IMG/VR virus record: IMGVR_UViG_3300008255_000131
Reading direction: 5' to 3' (one strand)
Length of the DNA stretch: 64,000 bases
Origin: an uncultured virus (IMG/VR IMGVR_UViG_3300008255_000131)
Lineage: Duplodnaviria; Heunggongvirae; Uroviricota; Caudoviricetes
The notes beneath the pieces are model-generated. The model was not told where the DNA came from. It worked only from the letters and a program-made list of their open reading frames with translations, and searched no databases. Every line of letters begins with the position of its first letter. Positions within the stretch are counted from its first letter, which is position 1. Made by a program: the position numbers and the translations under genes. This document shows positions 9,073 to 18,685 of the stretch, piece after piece.

Positions 9073-10554
9073 TTATAGATTCACGCTAGAATCATCATCT
9101 CCGTACTTGTCATAGTCCGAGTCTAGGCTTTTTACTGCCTTATAAACTCGCCACCCAACAAACCCAATAACAATGAACATAATGCCTCCAATGAGAACAA
9201 TCTTCCATATCGGCATTTCGATAATTCCACCATCATCGTTTTCTTCTCTTGCCATCATTACTGCACTGTACGCATTAACAATCCCTGCACCATAAATCTC
9301 ATCCCAGTCTTCATGGTCTGGGTGGTGGGCAGACTCTTCCAAAATTTCCCAAGCCTGTTCGTTGTCAGTGATTCCTTCACCAAAGACCAAAGCAGCAACA
9401 CCAGCAACATGAGGAGTTGCCATAGAAGTTCCTTGAAATCCAAAATAACCTCTTTCTCCTGTTCTTGGATTTAAGGTATTCTGAACAATTCCTTCGTAAG
9501 GTCCGTTTCTTGTATCTCCACCCGGAGCTGAGATATCAATATCTTTTCCGTAATTGCTGTACCAAGCCAATCCTTCGTTTTTGTCAATGGCAGAAACAGA
9601 CATGCAATTCTTGTAGCCAGCAGGATATCCTACGTTTTTTGAATGATCGTTGCCAGCAGCGCAGATAACAAGGACTCCCTTTTCATGTGCATAATCTACT
9701 GCATCTTCCATGATCTTTGAAGGCATAGAGCCACCAAGGCTCATATTGATTACCTTCGCTCCATTATCCGCAGCATAGCGAATTGCTGTTGAAATATCTT
9801 GTACTGTCCCTTCTCCATTTGCGGAAAGAACCTTTAATGGCATGATTACAGCTCGCGGAGCAATTCCGGTTACACCTAACCCATTATTGGTGCTCTGTGC
9901 GATTGTCCCTGCGACGTGTGAGCCATGGGCATGATCGTCAATTCCGTCAGGCGGGCCATCAGGAGTAAATGTTACACCTTTTATAAACTTTGTTTTATTT
10001 AGATCTTCTAGAGCTTTGAACTTCCCATGATCTTTGTAACCAACTCCGGTATCAATAACAGCTACAATAACATCTTTTCCTTGGTTGGAATCGCTCCAAG
10101 CCTTTGGAGCGTCAATCATTTGAAAGTTCCACTGGTGCTGATAAAGCGGATCATTTGGAAAGTCTGAAGTCTCATTGTTGATGAAAACCTCAGATCCATT
10201 TGATTCTATTTCTGGAATGGTGTACCAGGTAACTGGTTCCATATTTTCAATTGAAAAACCATGGTCTCCGCTTGCTGCAACGCTTAGTTTTCCTGGGCAT
10301 TTGCCATCCATCACATATAGGTGGTTGCTTTCAGCATAAGGAGAAGCAAGCTTGAAATTTCGATCTTTCCATTGCTCCGATCTTTCTTCAATTATTTCTT
10401 GAAGTTGATTTTCACTGATATTACCTTCGCCATCCTGTGGATCTACAAAATCCACAAGACATTGTTCAGTTTGGCTGTTGATAGAAATTGGTTCGTAGCT
10501 AGAGCACCCAGCAAGTCCAATTGTGAGGAAAAGTGTACTTAGAATTTTTTTCAT
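9073..10554 (-). CDS. Subtilisin-family (S8) serine protease, lipoprotein with C-terminal TM helix
   Basis: Catalytic triad VAVIDTG / HGSHVAG / GTSMATPHVAG; lipobox LAGC; TM segment IVLIGGIMFIVIGFVGW. Confidence 0.93.
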   Translation of the reverse strand: MKKILSTLFLTIGLAGCSSYEPISINSQTEQCLVDFVDPQDGEGNISENQLQEIIEERSEQWKDRNFKLASPYAESNHLYVMDGKCPGKLSVAASGDHGFSIENMEPVTWYTIPEIESNGSEVFINNETSDFPNDPLYQHQWNFQMIDAPKAWSDSNQGKDVIVAVIDTGVGYKDHGKFKALEDLNKTKFIKGVTFTPDGPPDGIDDHAHGSHVAGTIAQSTNNGLGVTGIAPRAVIMPLKVLSANGEGTVQDISTAIRYAADNGAKVINMSLGGSMPSKIMEDAVDYAHEKGVLVICAAGNDHSKNVGYPAGYKNCMSVSAIDKNEGLAWYSNYGKDIDISAPGGDTRNGPYEGIVQNTLNPRTGERGYFGFQGTSMATPHVAGVAALVFGEGITDNEQAWEILEESAHHPDHEDWDEIYGAGIVNAYSAVMMAREENDDGGIIEMPIWKIVLIGGIMFIVIGFVGWRVYKAVKSLDSDYDKYGDDDSSVNL

Positions 10555-10564
10555 TTTTTTGTTC

Positions 10565-11698
10565 CTATCTTAGACTCATTAAAATAATTTCTCTATTTAT
10601 TTGTTCCAAAAATTTAGAATCAGGCTTTTTTGGAAGGTTTTGAGGGTTTTCTTTATAAAGATCGTCCATCCTATTTAAAAGACGATCTGATTCTTCTTTT
10701 ATGTCTTCAAAATTTCTTTCTCCTCGACGGATAGCAAGCAATTCTTCTGCGTCTTTTCTCCGAACTCGAAGCTCTCCGTACTCCAATATCTCTGTACCAC
10801 TTCTTACCAGCCGAATCAAGTGGCTTGCGTGCTTTGTATCGAACCCATGCCTTTCTTCTAATTCTTTTCTTTTGGGATTTCGATCTGATTCCCATCTTTC
10901 ATAACTTTTAAATTCTTTCAATGCTGTTCTAAATCCTCTTTCTCTTCGAAGAATTTCTCGAATATCTTGATCAAACCCAAGACTCTCAGCCGCAACATCT
11001 TCAATTTTATCATCCAAATCATGGTCAGAAGCCCTTATGGCAGCAGCCATAAAAGAGCGCATGTTTTCATGCAATGTTACTCTTTCTGCGGGATTAATTT
11101 CAATATTATCAGCAGTCCAATCACGAATTCTTTTTTTAATTTCTTCATCAATTAGATTTCTTTCAGTCGAAGGAATTAAGCTTTCATGTTCTGGCAATCC
11201 AAATTCTGTTCTTGAAGGCTTTTTGGGAATAGTTCCCATTAAGTATTTTCTATGACGTTCAATCTTTTTTAATTGAGAAACGGCATAACCTGTGTACGTA
11301 TGCTTAATTTTTAATGTTAAAAACTTATTTTTGTTTTCAAGAAGCTTTTCTCCCATTGGAGATAAAAGAATATAATCTTCTTCATTACTAAAAAGAAGTT
11401 CAAGCATGTTTGGATTGCAATTTCCAATAAGATTTATTGCTTTTGCAATATCAAAGATTACAACATCATCTGGCTTGCTTTCAAGAAGTTTTGCATTTCT
11501 TTCTGATTTTTGAGGAATAAAATCAAAAGGCCACTCTCCTTCATATTGTTCAAAGTGATTATTAATTGAAATCCTAATATCAAATGGAGCTACACATATT
11601 CCTCTAACGTCTATATCCGACGTTGGTTGATTCATGCCATAAGCGTGAGAACCAGCAAAAGATAATAAAATTGTGGTTGGAGCTATTTTAAAATTCAT
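10565..11698 (-). CDS. Pol-beta superfamily nucleotidyltransferase (RlaP/YcgL-like)
   Basis: GSHAYG...SDIDVRG, NPNMLELL, GFDTKHASHLIRL and LLAIRRG motifs. Confidence 0.85.
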   Translation of the reverse strand: MNFKIAPTTILLSFAGSHAYGMNQPTSDIDVRGICVAPFDIRISINNHFEQYEGEWPFDFIPQKSERNAKLLESKPDDVVIFDIAKAINLIGNCNPNMLELLFSNEEDYILLSPMGEKLLENKNKFLTLKIKHTYTGYAVSQLKKIERHRKYLMGTIPKKPSRTEFGLPEHESLIPSTERNLIDEEIKKRIRDWTADNIEINPAERVTLHENMRSFMAAAIRASDHDLDDKIEDVAAESLGFDQDIREILRRERGFRTALKEFKSYERWESDRNPKRKELEERHGFDTKHASHLIRLVRSGTEILEYGELRVRRKDAEELLAIRRGERNFEDIKEESDRLLNRMDDLYKENPQNLPKKPDSKFLEQINREIILMSLR

Positions 11699-12039
11699 AA
11701 AAGTCCTAGATTTTTTAAATTGCCAATTAGAACATCTTTCGCATTCTTTGCGTCTTTTATTGAAATGTTTATGGATTTATCCAATTTAGAATTTGAAATA
11801 TCAAGATGTGTACATCCTTCAAATTCAAGACTAATATAATAATCATCTGCGTCCCATTCTAAAATGATTCCATTTTCTGAATTGGTTGGGTAGAGATAAG
11901 GAAAAGGAACTCCGTTTTCTAAGAAGTGTGAAATGATTTCATTTATATCATTCCATTTGTCAAATTTAGATAGTTTTTTAACTTCATCAATACGATCCAA
12001 AAAACTGTTTTTAGAAACTCCTCTTATTTTGTTTTTCAT
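11695..12039 (-). CDS. Hypothetical protein
   Basis: 114-aa ORF, coupled to the next gene by an ATGA overlap. Confidence 0.6.
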   Translation of the reverse strand: MKNKIRGVSKNSFLDRIDEVKKLSKFDKWNDINEIISHFLENGVPFPYLYPTNSENGIILEWDADDYYISLEFEGCTHLDISNSKLDKSINISIKDAKNAKDVLIGNLKNLGLL

Positions 12040-12056
12040 ATTACCTTCAATTTAAA

Positions 12057-12108
12057 AAGGTCAATTGATATTGAGCAGGAATATTCCTGCTCAATATCAA
12101 TTGACCTT
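12057..12108. repeat. 52-bp perfect palindrome with no spacer (terminator or protein-binding/resolution site)
   Basis: AAGGTCAATTGATATTGAGCAGGAAT|ATTCCTGCTCAATATCAATTGACCTT, checked base by base. Confidence 0.9.
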
Positions 12109-12114
12109 CTTTGT

Positions 12115-13011
12115 TTAGCGAGCCTTTTCTTTGTTCTTGAGGAGTTCTTGAACTGCGTCAGAAGACTTTGACTCTACTGGAGCGGTAAGACCAGTCTTTA
12201 CTGCGCTTCCAATAGAATTGGCGCCCATTGAAGCCAGATCCTTGAGCAAAGGAGCAACAAACTCCAGGAATGGCTCCATAACATCTTCCATCGCTTTTTG
12301 GGTTGCAAACTTGCAACCTTCTTTGATGTTGTTTGAAGCATTATCGCCAATGAGGCCATCAATGAAGTCTGCTTGAGAGTCCGCCATATAATGGATAAGA
12401 ATCGGGCCGAGGATCTTCAGAAACCGATGGCCAGCTTCGCTATCAATGTATTCCTGGGGGAGTCCCATTGCCACCAGTCCTCTCTTGAGGCCGCTGGTGA
12501 TTAGTTCGTTAGCCTGATTGGCACCAACCGATTTGGTTGCGTCAATGCCGGCGCCCTTGAGCATGTCTAGTGTTGAATTGGTAGTCATTTTTTTTGCAAC
12601 TTTCTCGCTGATATCGTCTAGGTTCTTATTGTTCTCTTTAGTGGTTTTAGGTTCGGGTCTGGTTTTATATTCTACTACATTGCCTGTGCGTTTTGACACA
12701 AAAGCATAGGACTCTGGATCGAAAACTTCAACTTCATCTGCTAGCTTAATTTCGCTCCATGTATCTTTAGCAAGAACGATTCTTTTCGTGCCATTTTTGG
12801 TCATCCGTTGCCATGGGCCATCTCCAAGCTCATGAGTCCAAGATGAGGTTGGAGTTAGGACAACGGTATCATTGTCCGAAGCTCGATAAGCCTTGTCTTG
12901 TTCGGTATAAAAAACTTCCAAGTATCTCTGGACTCCATTATCCATGAATGCATAACGTCCTCCTAACTTGGCAACAACGCCATTTTCAAGTTTTACTTCT
13001 TCTTGATTCAT
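12115..13011 (-). CDS. Hypothetical protein
   Basis: 298-aa ORF with AAGGA SD. Confidence 0.75.
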   Translation of the reverse strand: MNQEEVKLENGVVAKLGGRYAFMDNGVQRYLEVFYTEQDKAYRASDNDTVVLTPTSSWTHELGDGPWQRMTKNGTKRIVLAKDTWSEIKLADEVEVFDPESYAFVSKRTGNVVEYKTRPEPKTTKENNKNLDDISEKVAKKMTTNSTLDMLKGAGIDATKSVGANQANELITSGLKRGLVAMGLPQEYIDSEAGHRFLKILGPILIHYMADSQADFIDGLIGDNASNNIKEGCKFATQKAMEDVMEPFLEFVAPLLKDLASMGANSIGSAVKTGLTAPVESKSSDAVQELLKNKEKAR

Positions 13012-13031
13012 CTATGTAATCCTTTTTACTT

Positions 13032-13217
13032 TTATTCACTTAGCTCAATGGTGAGCCTGATTTGTGGAGGTGCTTCCTCCGTATTGAACTGTGACTTCAC
13101 GAAATCCTTCTTTAGATAAAGCGTGCCTGCAACTACAGGCTCATCTCCCTCTACTTCCTGATAACGATGGGTCCCCTTAGTGCTTTTCTCAAACTTGAAT
13201 GTGACAACTCTTTTCAT
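13032..13217 (-). CDS. Small beta-rich hypothetical protein
   Basis: 61 aa (EKSTKGTHRYQE...GTLYLKK); first gene after a sigma70 promoter; AAGGA SD. Confidence 0.7.
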   Translation of the reverse strand: MKRVVTFKFEKSTKGTHRYQEVEGDEPVVAGTLYLKKDFVKSQFNTEEAPPQIRLTIELSE

Positions 13218-13259
13218 TTTTGTTTCCTTTGTTGGTTGGCGGGTGAATCCGACTCTTGT

Positions 13260-13288
13260 AACTTAGCTCTTCTCTTAGGAGGTGTCAA
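13260..13288 (-). promoter_or_regulatory. sigma70-type promoter
   Basis: TTGACA-17nt-TAAGTT. Confidence 0.55.
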
Positions 13289-13540
13289 GCTAAACCTTTC
13301 AACTTTCTTCTGGACTTTTGTTTCTACACAAACATTAAGCATGACTTTACTTTTGTGCATCTACAATTTCTTTACAATAATCAACTGTTATTTCTCCGCC
13401 CAGGGCGACGCCAGAAAAGAATAATAGAACTGATAATATTACTGTCCCAATTACGTTCATGGTTCCCTTGTCGGACATGAGAGAAATAAGCATAATGCAA
13501 ATTATGCTAGAAATTAGGCCAAGTATTTCGATTGCCATAC

Positions 13541-14275
13541 TTAATTTTCAATTTCAACAAATCGCTCAATAAAATTTCGATCTTCAGCAAAAACAGGTGT
13601 TTCCCAAAAAGGATTTGTATAGCTCCTTATTGATGGCTTACCATTAATTATTTCTTCTTTATTTTCTCTAATGACGCACCATCCGTTTTTCTTCCAAGTT
13701 TCGCAATCATCCCAGATTATCGAATGAGCAATCAGCATCTCTTTTACTTTTTCACAATTTTTCTTATGCATTTCTTTGTGACTAAAATACTTTTGACCTA
13801 GACCTTGAACGCTATTTCTGATTGCGTCTTGTTGTCTCCATACAAAATAATTGCAAACGTCTTCTTTTGGAATAACAAAGCAGCGGGAATCAAAACATGC
13901 CGTCATTACGTAATCAGGATTTAACTCTTTTAATTTTCTATTAAATCCCATTGTTGCAATTGATGCGCTTACGCTGCACACCTTTTGAACGGCTTTATTA
14001 AACCATGCTTCGCTGACAAAGCTGTCGTAATCTGTAACCAAGACTGATATTTCATCTGATTGAACATATGCAATTTTTGCTCCCTGAATTTCGGAAACAA
14101 GAGAAGTCGCCGCAGAATTCATTGCATCCCTCAAGTCAACATCCCAAGGCTTCTCATATTTTCTTGTAAACGTATGAAAAGCCTTTCCGTCAACACGAAT
14201 AATCATTGGCATGCGACGCGTCAAATAAAGACGAGCAGCCTCTTCATACGACTTCATTCTGTCTCCTAATTTCAT
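13541..14275 (-). CDS. thg1: tRNA(His) guanylyltransferase Thg1-like protein
   Basis: IIRVDGKAFHTFT, YVQSDEIS, FDSR and YFVWRQQDAIRNS motifs. Confidence 0.93.
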   Translation of the reverse strand: MKLGDRMKSYEEAARLYLTRRMPMIIRVDGKAFHTFTRKYEKPWDVDLRDAMNSAATSLVSEIQGAKIAYVQSDEISVLVTDYDSFVSEAWFNKAVQKVCSVSASIATMGFNRKLKELNPDYVMTACFDSRCFVIPKEDVCNYFVWRQQDAIRNSVQGLGQKYFSHKEMHKKNCEKVKEMLIAHSIIWDDCETWKKNGWCVIRENKEEIINGKPSIRSYTNPFWETPVFAEDRNFIERFVEIEN

Positions 14276-14570
14276 ATTATTTATTCCTTTTAGCTGTCAA
14301 TCCATTTTCCTACCTGATTAACGTCTTGGCCTGAAATAAATGTTTTTGACATTGGAAGATTTGGTAACATAATCCTTTCAGCATTTAACTCGGTTTTGGA
14401 TAGTCCTTTTTCACTATCAACTATTGCTTCGCTTAAAACTCTTTTGTAGTAAGACTTTGTTAGCATGTTCATGGTGAAAAGTATCGTTATTATTGATATT
14501 AGAGAAATTATTATATTTATCATATGTTCTTCTTCTTTTTGAAATAGGTTTTATTGTTGTCAAGAATATC

Positions 14571-15242
14571 TTAGATGTCGACAACAATTGGGGGATTTTT
14601 TGCTTCGTAATTTCCTGTCATATGCGAAGCATTTATAAACGTTATGTCATCTTGTCTCATTTGTCCATAACTTTCATGAATATGGCCAAATATGTGAACT
14701 TTCGGCTTGATTCTCTTAAGTTCATTTAAAAGATCTCTGCATCCAATATGCACGTTTCGATTATAATCGATGCCAAAATATGGATCCCAATAATGGCATT
14801 GATCAAGGATTCCATATGGAGGCCCATGGGTAATCAAAACGTCCGTATCAGATGGAATTAGACTCCACTTTTCTGCCAATTTCTTTCCGCGTGGCAAATT
14901 AAAATGCCAATTTCTAAATTCTGGCTGTCACGGCTCTCCAAAAAACTTAACTCCTTCAATTTCAATTCCTGAATCTTGAAGATAGAAAAGCGGAGGATTT
15001 ATCTCGCTTAGTACATCTTTTACCCAATCTGGTGTCTTCTCAAAAGGGCCATCATGATTTCCTGCAATAAAAACCTTATATTTGTGAGGCTGATCTGCAA
15101 ACCAATCAAGAAAAGCATCCGCGGAAATGATGCTATTCTGACCACAAAAATCTCCCGCATGAATTAAGACATCTCCATCAGGAAGTTGTCCGTCAAGGTT
15201 ATGATGAAGAGAATGGGTATCTGAAATACAAACGAGTCGCAT
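14571..15242 (-). pseudogene. Calcineurin-like metallophosphoesterase interrupted by one in-frame TGA (14928-14930)
   Basis: SDTH, HAGDF and AGNHD in the first half; THGPP and FGHIHE in the second. The halves are in one frame: ...FFGEP*QPEFRNWHFNLPRG... Confidence 0.85.
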
Positions 15243-15243
15243 A

Positions 15244-15753
15244 TTATTTTACTCTTTCAACAACTTCTGACTTTAAACTTTCTCTTGCAGAGCTGAGTTC
15301 TGAGTCATAACAGTCATGACAATCATCTTCTTTGTTAAGGTTCTCAATAATGGTTTTTAGATTATTTTTAACCAGATTAGCCTCTAAATTAATTCTATTT
15401 TCGGATTCACCAAAGGCTTCAAGTAGAGAAGTTGGATCGCAGAAACTTTCTTCAATATAATCCTTTATTTCTTCTTCCGTGACATTTGCGATCCTTTCTT
15501 CAACCCATTTGTCAAAATATTTTTCATACTCTCTATATGAAGGATCAGAATAAGAAGGATGGAGTCCTGTTTCTTTGGTTTTTTTAGGCATCTTTTCATA
15601 CCATTCTTCATTGATCCAATATCCATCGTTGAACTTTTGTTCAAAGTGTTCCCTCATTTCAGTTGAAAGGTCAATTTCAAAATCAAAATTACCTTTTATT
15701 CTTACTTTTACACTTGTTTCTTTTTTATCTTCTTTGTTTTTGAACAATTTCAT
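15244..15753 (-). CDS. Acidic hypothetical protein
   Basis: 169-aa ORF. Confidence 0.65.
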   Translation of the reverse strand: MKLFKNKEDKKETSVKVRIKGNFDFEIDLSTEMREHFEQKFNDGYWINEEWYEKMPKKTKETGLHPSYSDPSYREYEKYFDKWVEERIANVTEEEIKDYIEESFCDPTSLLEAFGESENRINLEANLVKNNLKTIIENLNKEDDCHDCYDSELSSARESLKSEVVERVK

Positions 15754-15835
15754 TTCATTTTTCCAATCATTTTGAATGATGCGATCGCGTCGTCACCATA
15801 CCATATTTCAACCTTGTCCGCTAGAAATTTTCCTT

Positions 15836-16579
15836 TTACCATTCGAGAATGTATTTTGACTTATCAAGTTCTGGATTTGTTATCAAGATTTGACCATAAT
15901 CAATCTCGTCATCAGAAAGATGACGATCATCAATAAAAATCCTTCGATCCATAATGATTAATTCTTTTTCGAATCCTTCAATCGGATCAACAACGCTTGC
16001 AACTTCGATATCTTTTTCTTTTTTTGATGGAAGATGGTAATCATCAAAAAGAACAAATTTTGTGAATCTATTTTTTGAATTGTCCCAATCTTTTTGAACC
16101 TGTTCAACCCGATGATCTCCATCAATATAAATCAATTCATAACTTGAATCATCTTCCATTTTTTCAAAAGCTTCATCTGAAGATTGTTTTTTAAAGCTAA
16201 TATAGCTAAACCATTCTTTTGGAAATACTGTTGAAAGCTGATTCAGAAAGTCTTCTGACAAAAAAGGATCAACGGTAGTTACCTTCCCTTCGATTCCTTC
16301 ATCAATCATTGCCTTTACGGCACACATCGTTCCATAACCTCTTCCAAATCCAATCTCTAACATTGAAGAAATTTTAAATCTTCTGATTAGAGAATAAAGA
16401 AGAAGTCCCCTTTCGTAATTTGGACGAAAGAAACAACCAACGCTTTTATACAGAGGCGAGTCTTTTGATCTGGCCTTTTTAGCAGTAAATTCTCCAATAT
16501 GATCAAAATCTCCCAAAGCCAGAGATTCTAGTGGATACTGAATCTCTTCAAGCTTATCCTTGATATTTACAATTTTCAT
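15836..16579 (-). CDS. Class I SAM-dependent methyltransferase (Methyltransf_24-like)
   Basis: MLEIGFGRGYGT (motif I), LIYIDGDH, LFDDY; start at MKIVNIK preferred. Confidence 0.85.
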   Translation of the reverse strand: MKIVNIKDKLEEIQYPLESLALGDFDHIGEFTAKKARSKDSPLYKSVGCFFRPNYERGLLLYSLIRRFKISSMLEIGFGRGYGTMCAVKAMIDEGIEGKVTTVDPFLSEDFLNQLSTVFPKEWFSYISFKKQSSDEAFEKMEDDSSYELIYIDGDHRVEQVQKDWDNSKNRFTKFVLFDDYHLPSKKEKDIEVASVVDPIEGFEKELIIMDRRIFIDDRHLSDDEIDYGQILITNPELDKSKYILEW

Positions 16580-16584
16580 ATTTT

Positions 16585-16763
16585 CCAATCTAGGAATCGA
16601 ACCTTTGAGCCACAAGTTATGGCAAACCATTTTGGATAAAAAATGCCGGATTTACCCGCAGCTCCGGCGGGCTGCTTGCGAAAGCTAATTATAATCTAGA
16701 ATAAATTAGCCCCTAGGATTTGTCCGTTTCGTGGACCAATCGCCCGCGGCCATCGCAGGGAAC
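16585..16763 (-). ncRNA. Candidate structured RNA / attenuator upstream of the methyltransferase
   Basis: Largely GC-rich intergenic stretch with three hairpins, a possible H-type pseudoknot and a T-run; no known family recognised. Confidence 0.35.
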
Positions 16764-16925
16764 TTAGAAGTACCTTTCAGCCGTAAATGCGATTCCAAAA
16801 ACACCAACAAAAGCAATGCAAAGGGCTGCTTTGATATGTCCCATGAGACCCAGAATCAGGCATGCCGGAGACATCAATCCAAGGAGAGAAATAAAGATCC
16901 AAAAAATAATATTTTTCCAATGCAT
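16764..16925 (-). CDS. 53-aa two-TM membrane protein (below the ORF-track cutoff)
   Basis: MHWKNIIFWIFISLLGLMSPACLILGLMGHIKAALCIAFVGVFGIAFTAERYF*. Confidence 0.6.
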   Translation of the reverse strand: MHWKNIIFWIFISLLGLMSPACLILGLMGHIKAALCIAFVGVFGIAFTAERYF

Positions 16926-16927
16926 AC

Positions 16928-17233
16928 TTAGACTCGTCGAACTTTTGAAAGCTCAATCTCAGAAGTAACCTTCATTTCGCCAAATTCTAGAGTTTCTGGT
17001 GAAAAATTGTTATTGAATAGATCCATAAGCGGATCATATTCCACCCGAAGAACAACATCTCCATAAAGACTCGCTTCATCCTTGGAGTTGCAAAGAAAGG
17101 TAAATCGCTTTCCGTTCTTTTGAATTCCAAAAAGCTTTCCTTCCTTTTGAATCTGCTTCCAAGAATGATCTGACGTTCCGTGATACCAAATGTTTTGATT
17201 TTTCATGGCTTTATAACTCTTTTGCTTTCTCAA
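16928..17233 (-). CDS. Small ADP-ribosyltransferase-fold protein
   Basis: WYHGTS...IQKEG...FL...A..YG..VLRV pattern typical of ART/KptA-like domains. Confidence 0.5.
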   Translation of the reverse strand: MRKQKSYKAMKNQNIWYHGTSDHSWKQIQKEGKLFGIQKNGKRFTFLCNSKDEASLYGDVVLRVEYDPLMDLFNNNFSPETLEFGEMKVTSEIELSKVRRV

Positions 17234-17319
17234 GTTCTAAAGTTTTTTCTTAAGGGTTACTAGTGCTTCTTCGTATTTTTTAAATGCTTTTGCAACTTCA
17301 ATTTCTTCAAATAAACTCA

Positions 17320-17988
17320 TTATTTTCCAATTCCATTCGCTAATTCTTTTGCAACTTCAATTCCAAATTCTGTAATATTTAATTTTTCGTCCAAGCATTC
17401 AAAGATTTGGAGGGATTCAAGCAACTCCATGTCCAAATTGACATCCCAGCCTTTGTAGATGCTCTCTAGGAAGTATTGCTGATCCAGAACCAAAGAGCAA
17501 GCAGTTTCTTGGGCTTTTGTAAGGGTCGTATAGGTCATGCTAATTGAAGGAGGTTTTTTTTCTACTATAATCATTCCCTCGGCGCGCCAGTATGCGGCAT
17601 CACAAATATCTGAATCACCCCATTTTTGGGTATTTTCATTCCATGTCCGAACATCCCAATCTCCATCTTTACGTGGCCGCGCTTGAATGCGAGTTCCTCC
17701 TGTCTTCCATCCTGCTGCTTGCCAGGCAACTTTCTCACTTTCGACAGATGCAAGCTCTTTTTCTTTTTCCTTTTTTATATGCACATCGATAGCAGCTATC
17801 TTCGCTTGTCCAGGAGTGTCATAATAAATCGCTTCTTTTTCGATCCACAACGAGCAGAATCTCATATTTTTACCAAGAGACCACCACCAGCCATATTGTT
17901 CATCATAATGAACAGAGCCAATAATATTTTTCTTATCATCCAGCATGTCGATTTTTGAGATTTGCCACGTATAAAATTTGTTTTTCAT
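17320..17988 (-). CDS. Trp-rich hypothetical protein
   Basis: 222-aa ORF. Confidence 0.65.
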   Translation of the reverse strand: MKNKFYTWQISKIDMLDDKKNIIGSVHYDEQYGWWWSLGKNMRFCSLWIEKEAIYYDTPGQAKIAAIDVHIKKEKEKELASVESEKVAWQAAGWKTGGTRIQARPRKDGDWDVRTWNENTQKWGDSDICDAAYWRAEGMIIVEKKPPSISMTYTTLTKAQETACSLVLDQQYFLESIYKGWDVNLDMELLESLQIFECLDEKLNITEFGIEVAKELANGIGK

Positions 17989-17995
17989 ATATTTC

Positions 17996-18685
17996 TTAGA
18001 ACCTGTAATTCTTGTTCGGTTTGCGTGCTCGAATCAGCCAAGATGAGTTATTATTTTCTGAATGTCCGCGCTCAAGTTTTGCGTCAGGATTTTTAAGGAC
18101 CAATCCTTCGACTTCATCCATATCCTTGAATCGCTCAAATTGACCAGCAAGATCGTAGACAAATGTATCAGCCAGCCAAAGATGGTCTCTCACGTAAATA
18201 GCAATTTCCCTACCAGTTTGTTTTTCCCGATCATCTTGCTCTCCCATGATTTCATCGAGAATTCGAAACCTTTCAAGCATTTTCATGTCAATGAAATAAT
18301 TGTCTTCGCATACAAGGATATCAAAAGCAATAAAAACATCTTTCAGACCCTTGGTTTTGCTATGCATCAATTCTCCATCCAAAACAACATGCTTGTCTGG
18401 GTCTGAGGATTCATGAAACTCCATAAGGTCTGCCTTCATTCCTTCAGACAGAGTGTAAGCCTTGTGGGGCTCACGGTTTCGGGTCCACAGCTTGATCTCT
18501 CCACCCGGCTTCATCTCTACAAGGGTTCGCGTTCCGTTGAACTTTAGCTGCGCAACGTATCCCTTCTTTTCGTAATCAATAATTTTTTCTGGCGGAATTG
18601 AGACCTTTGGCCTCGGCGGATACATGATGTTTCCGCTGTAAATGGGAAATCCAGTATCCGTGTCAGATTCGTTTTCATTTGACAT
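17996..18685 (-). CDS. ATP-dependent ligase-type adenylation domain (no OB domain)
   Basis: KFNGTR (motif I), LDGEL (III), AFDIL (IIIa), EGLVLK (IV), WLIRARK (V). Confidence 0.8.
   Translation of the reverse strand: MSNENESDTDTGFPIYSGNIMYPPRPKVSIPPEKIIDYEKKGYVAQLKFNGTRTLVEMKPGGEIKLWTRNREPHKAYTLSEGMKADLMEFHESSDPDKHVVLDGELMHSKTKGLKDVFIAFDILVCEDNYFIDMKMLERFRILDEIMGEQDDREKQTGREIAIYVRDHLWLADTFVYDLAGQFERFKDMDEVEGLVLKNPDAKLERGHSENNNSSWLIRARKPNKNYRF

Noticed and set aside
16585..16715. tmRNA or a complete tRNA
   Set aside because: There is a T-loop-like GGTTCGATTCC and a GGGGCT, but no matching acceptor stem/CCA, D arm or tag frame; kept only as an unknown structured-RNA candidate.
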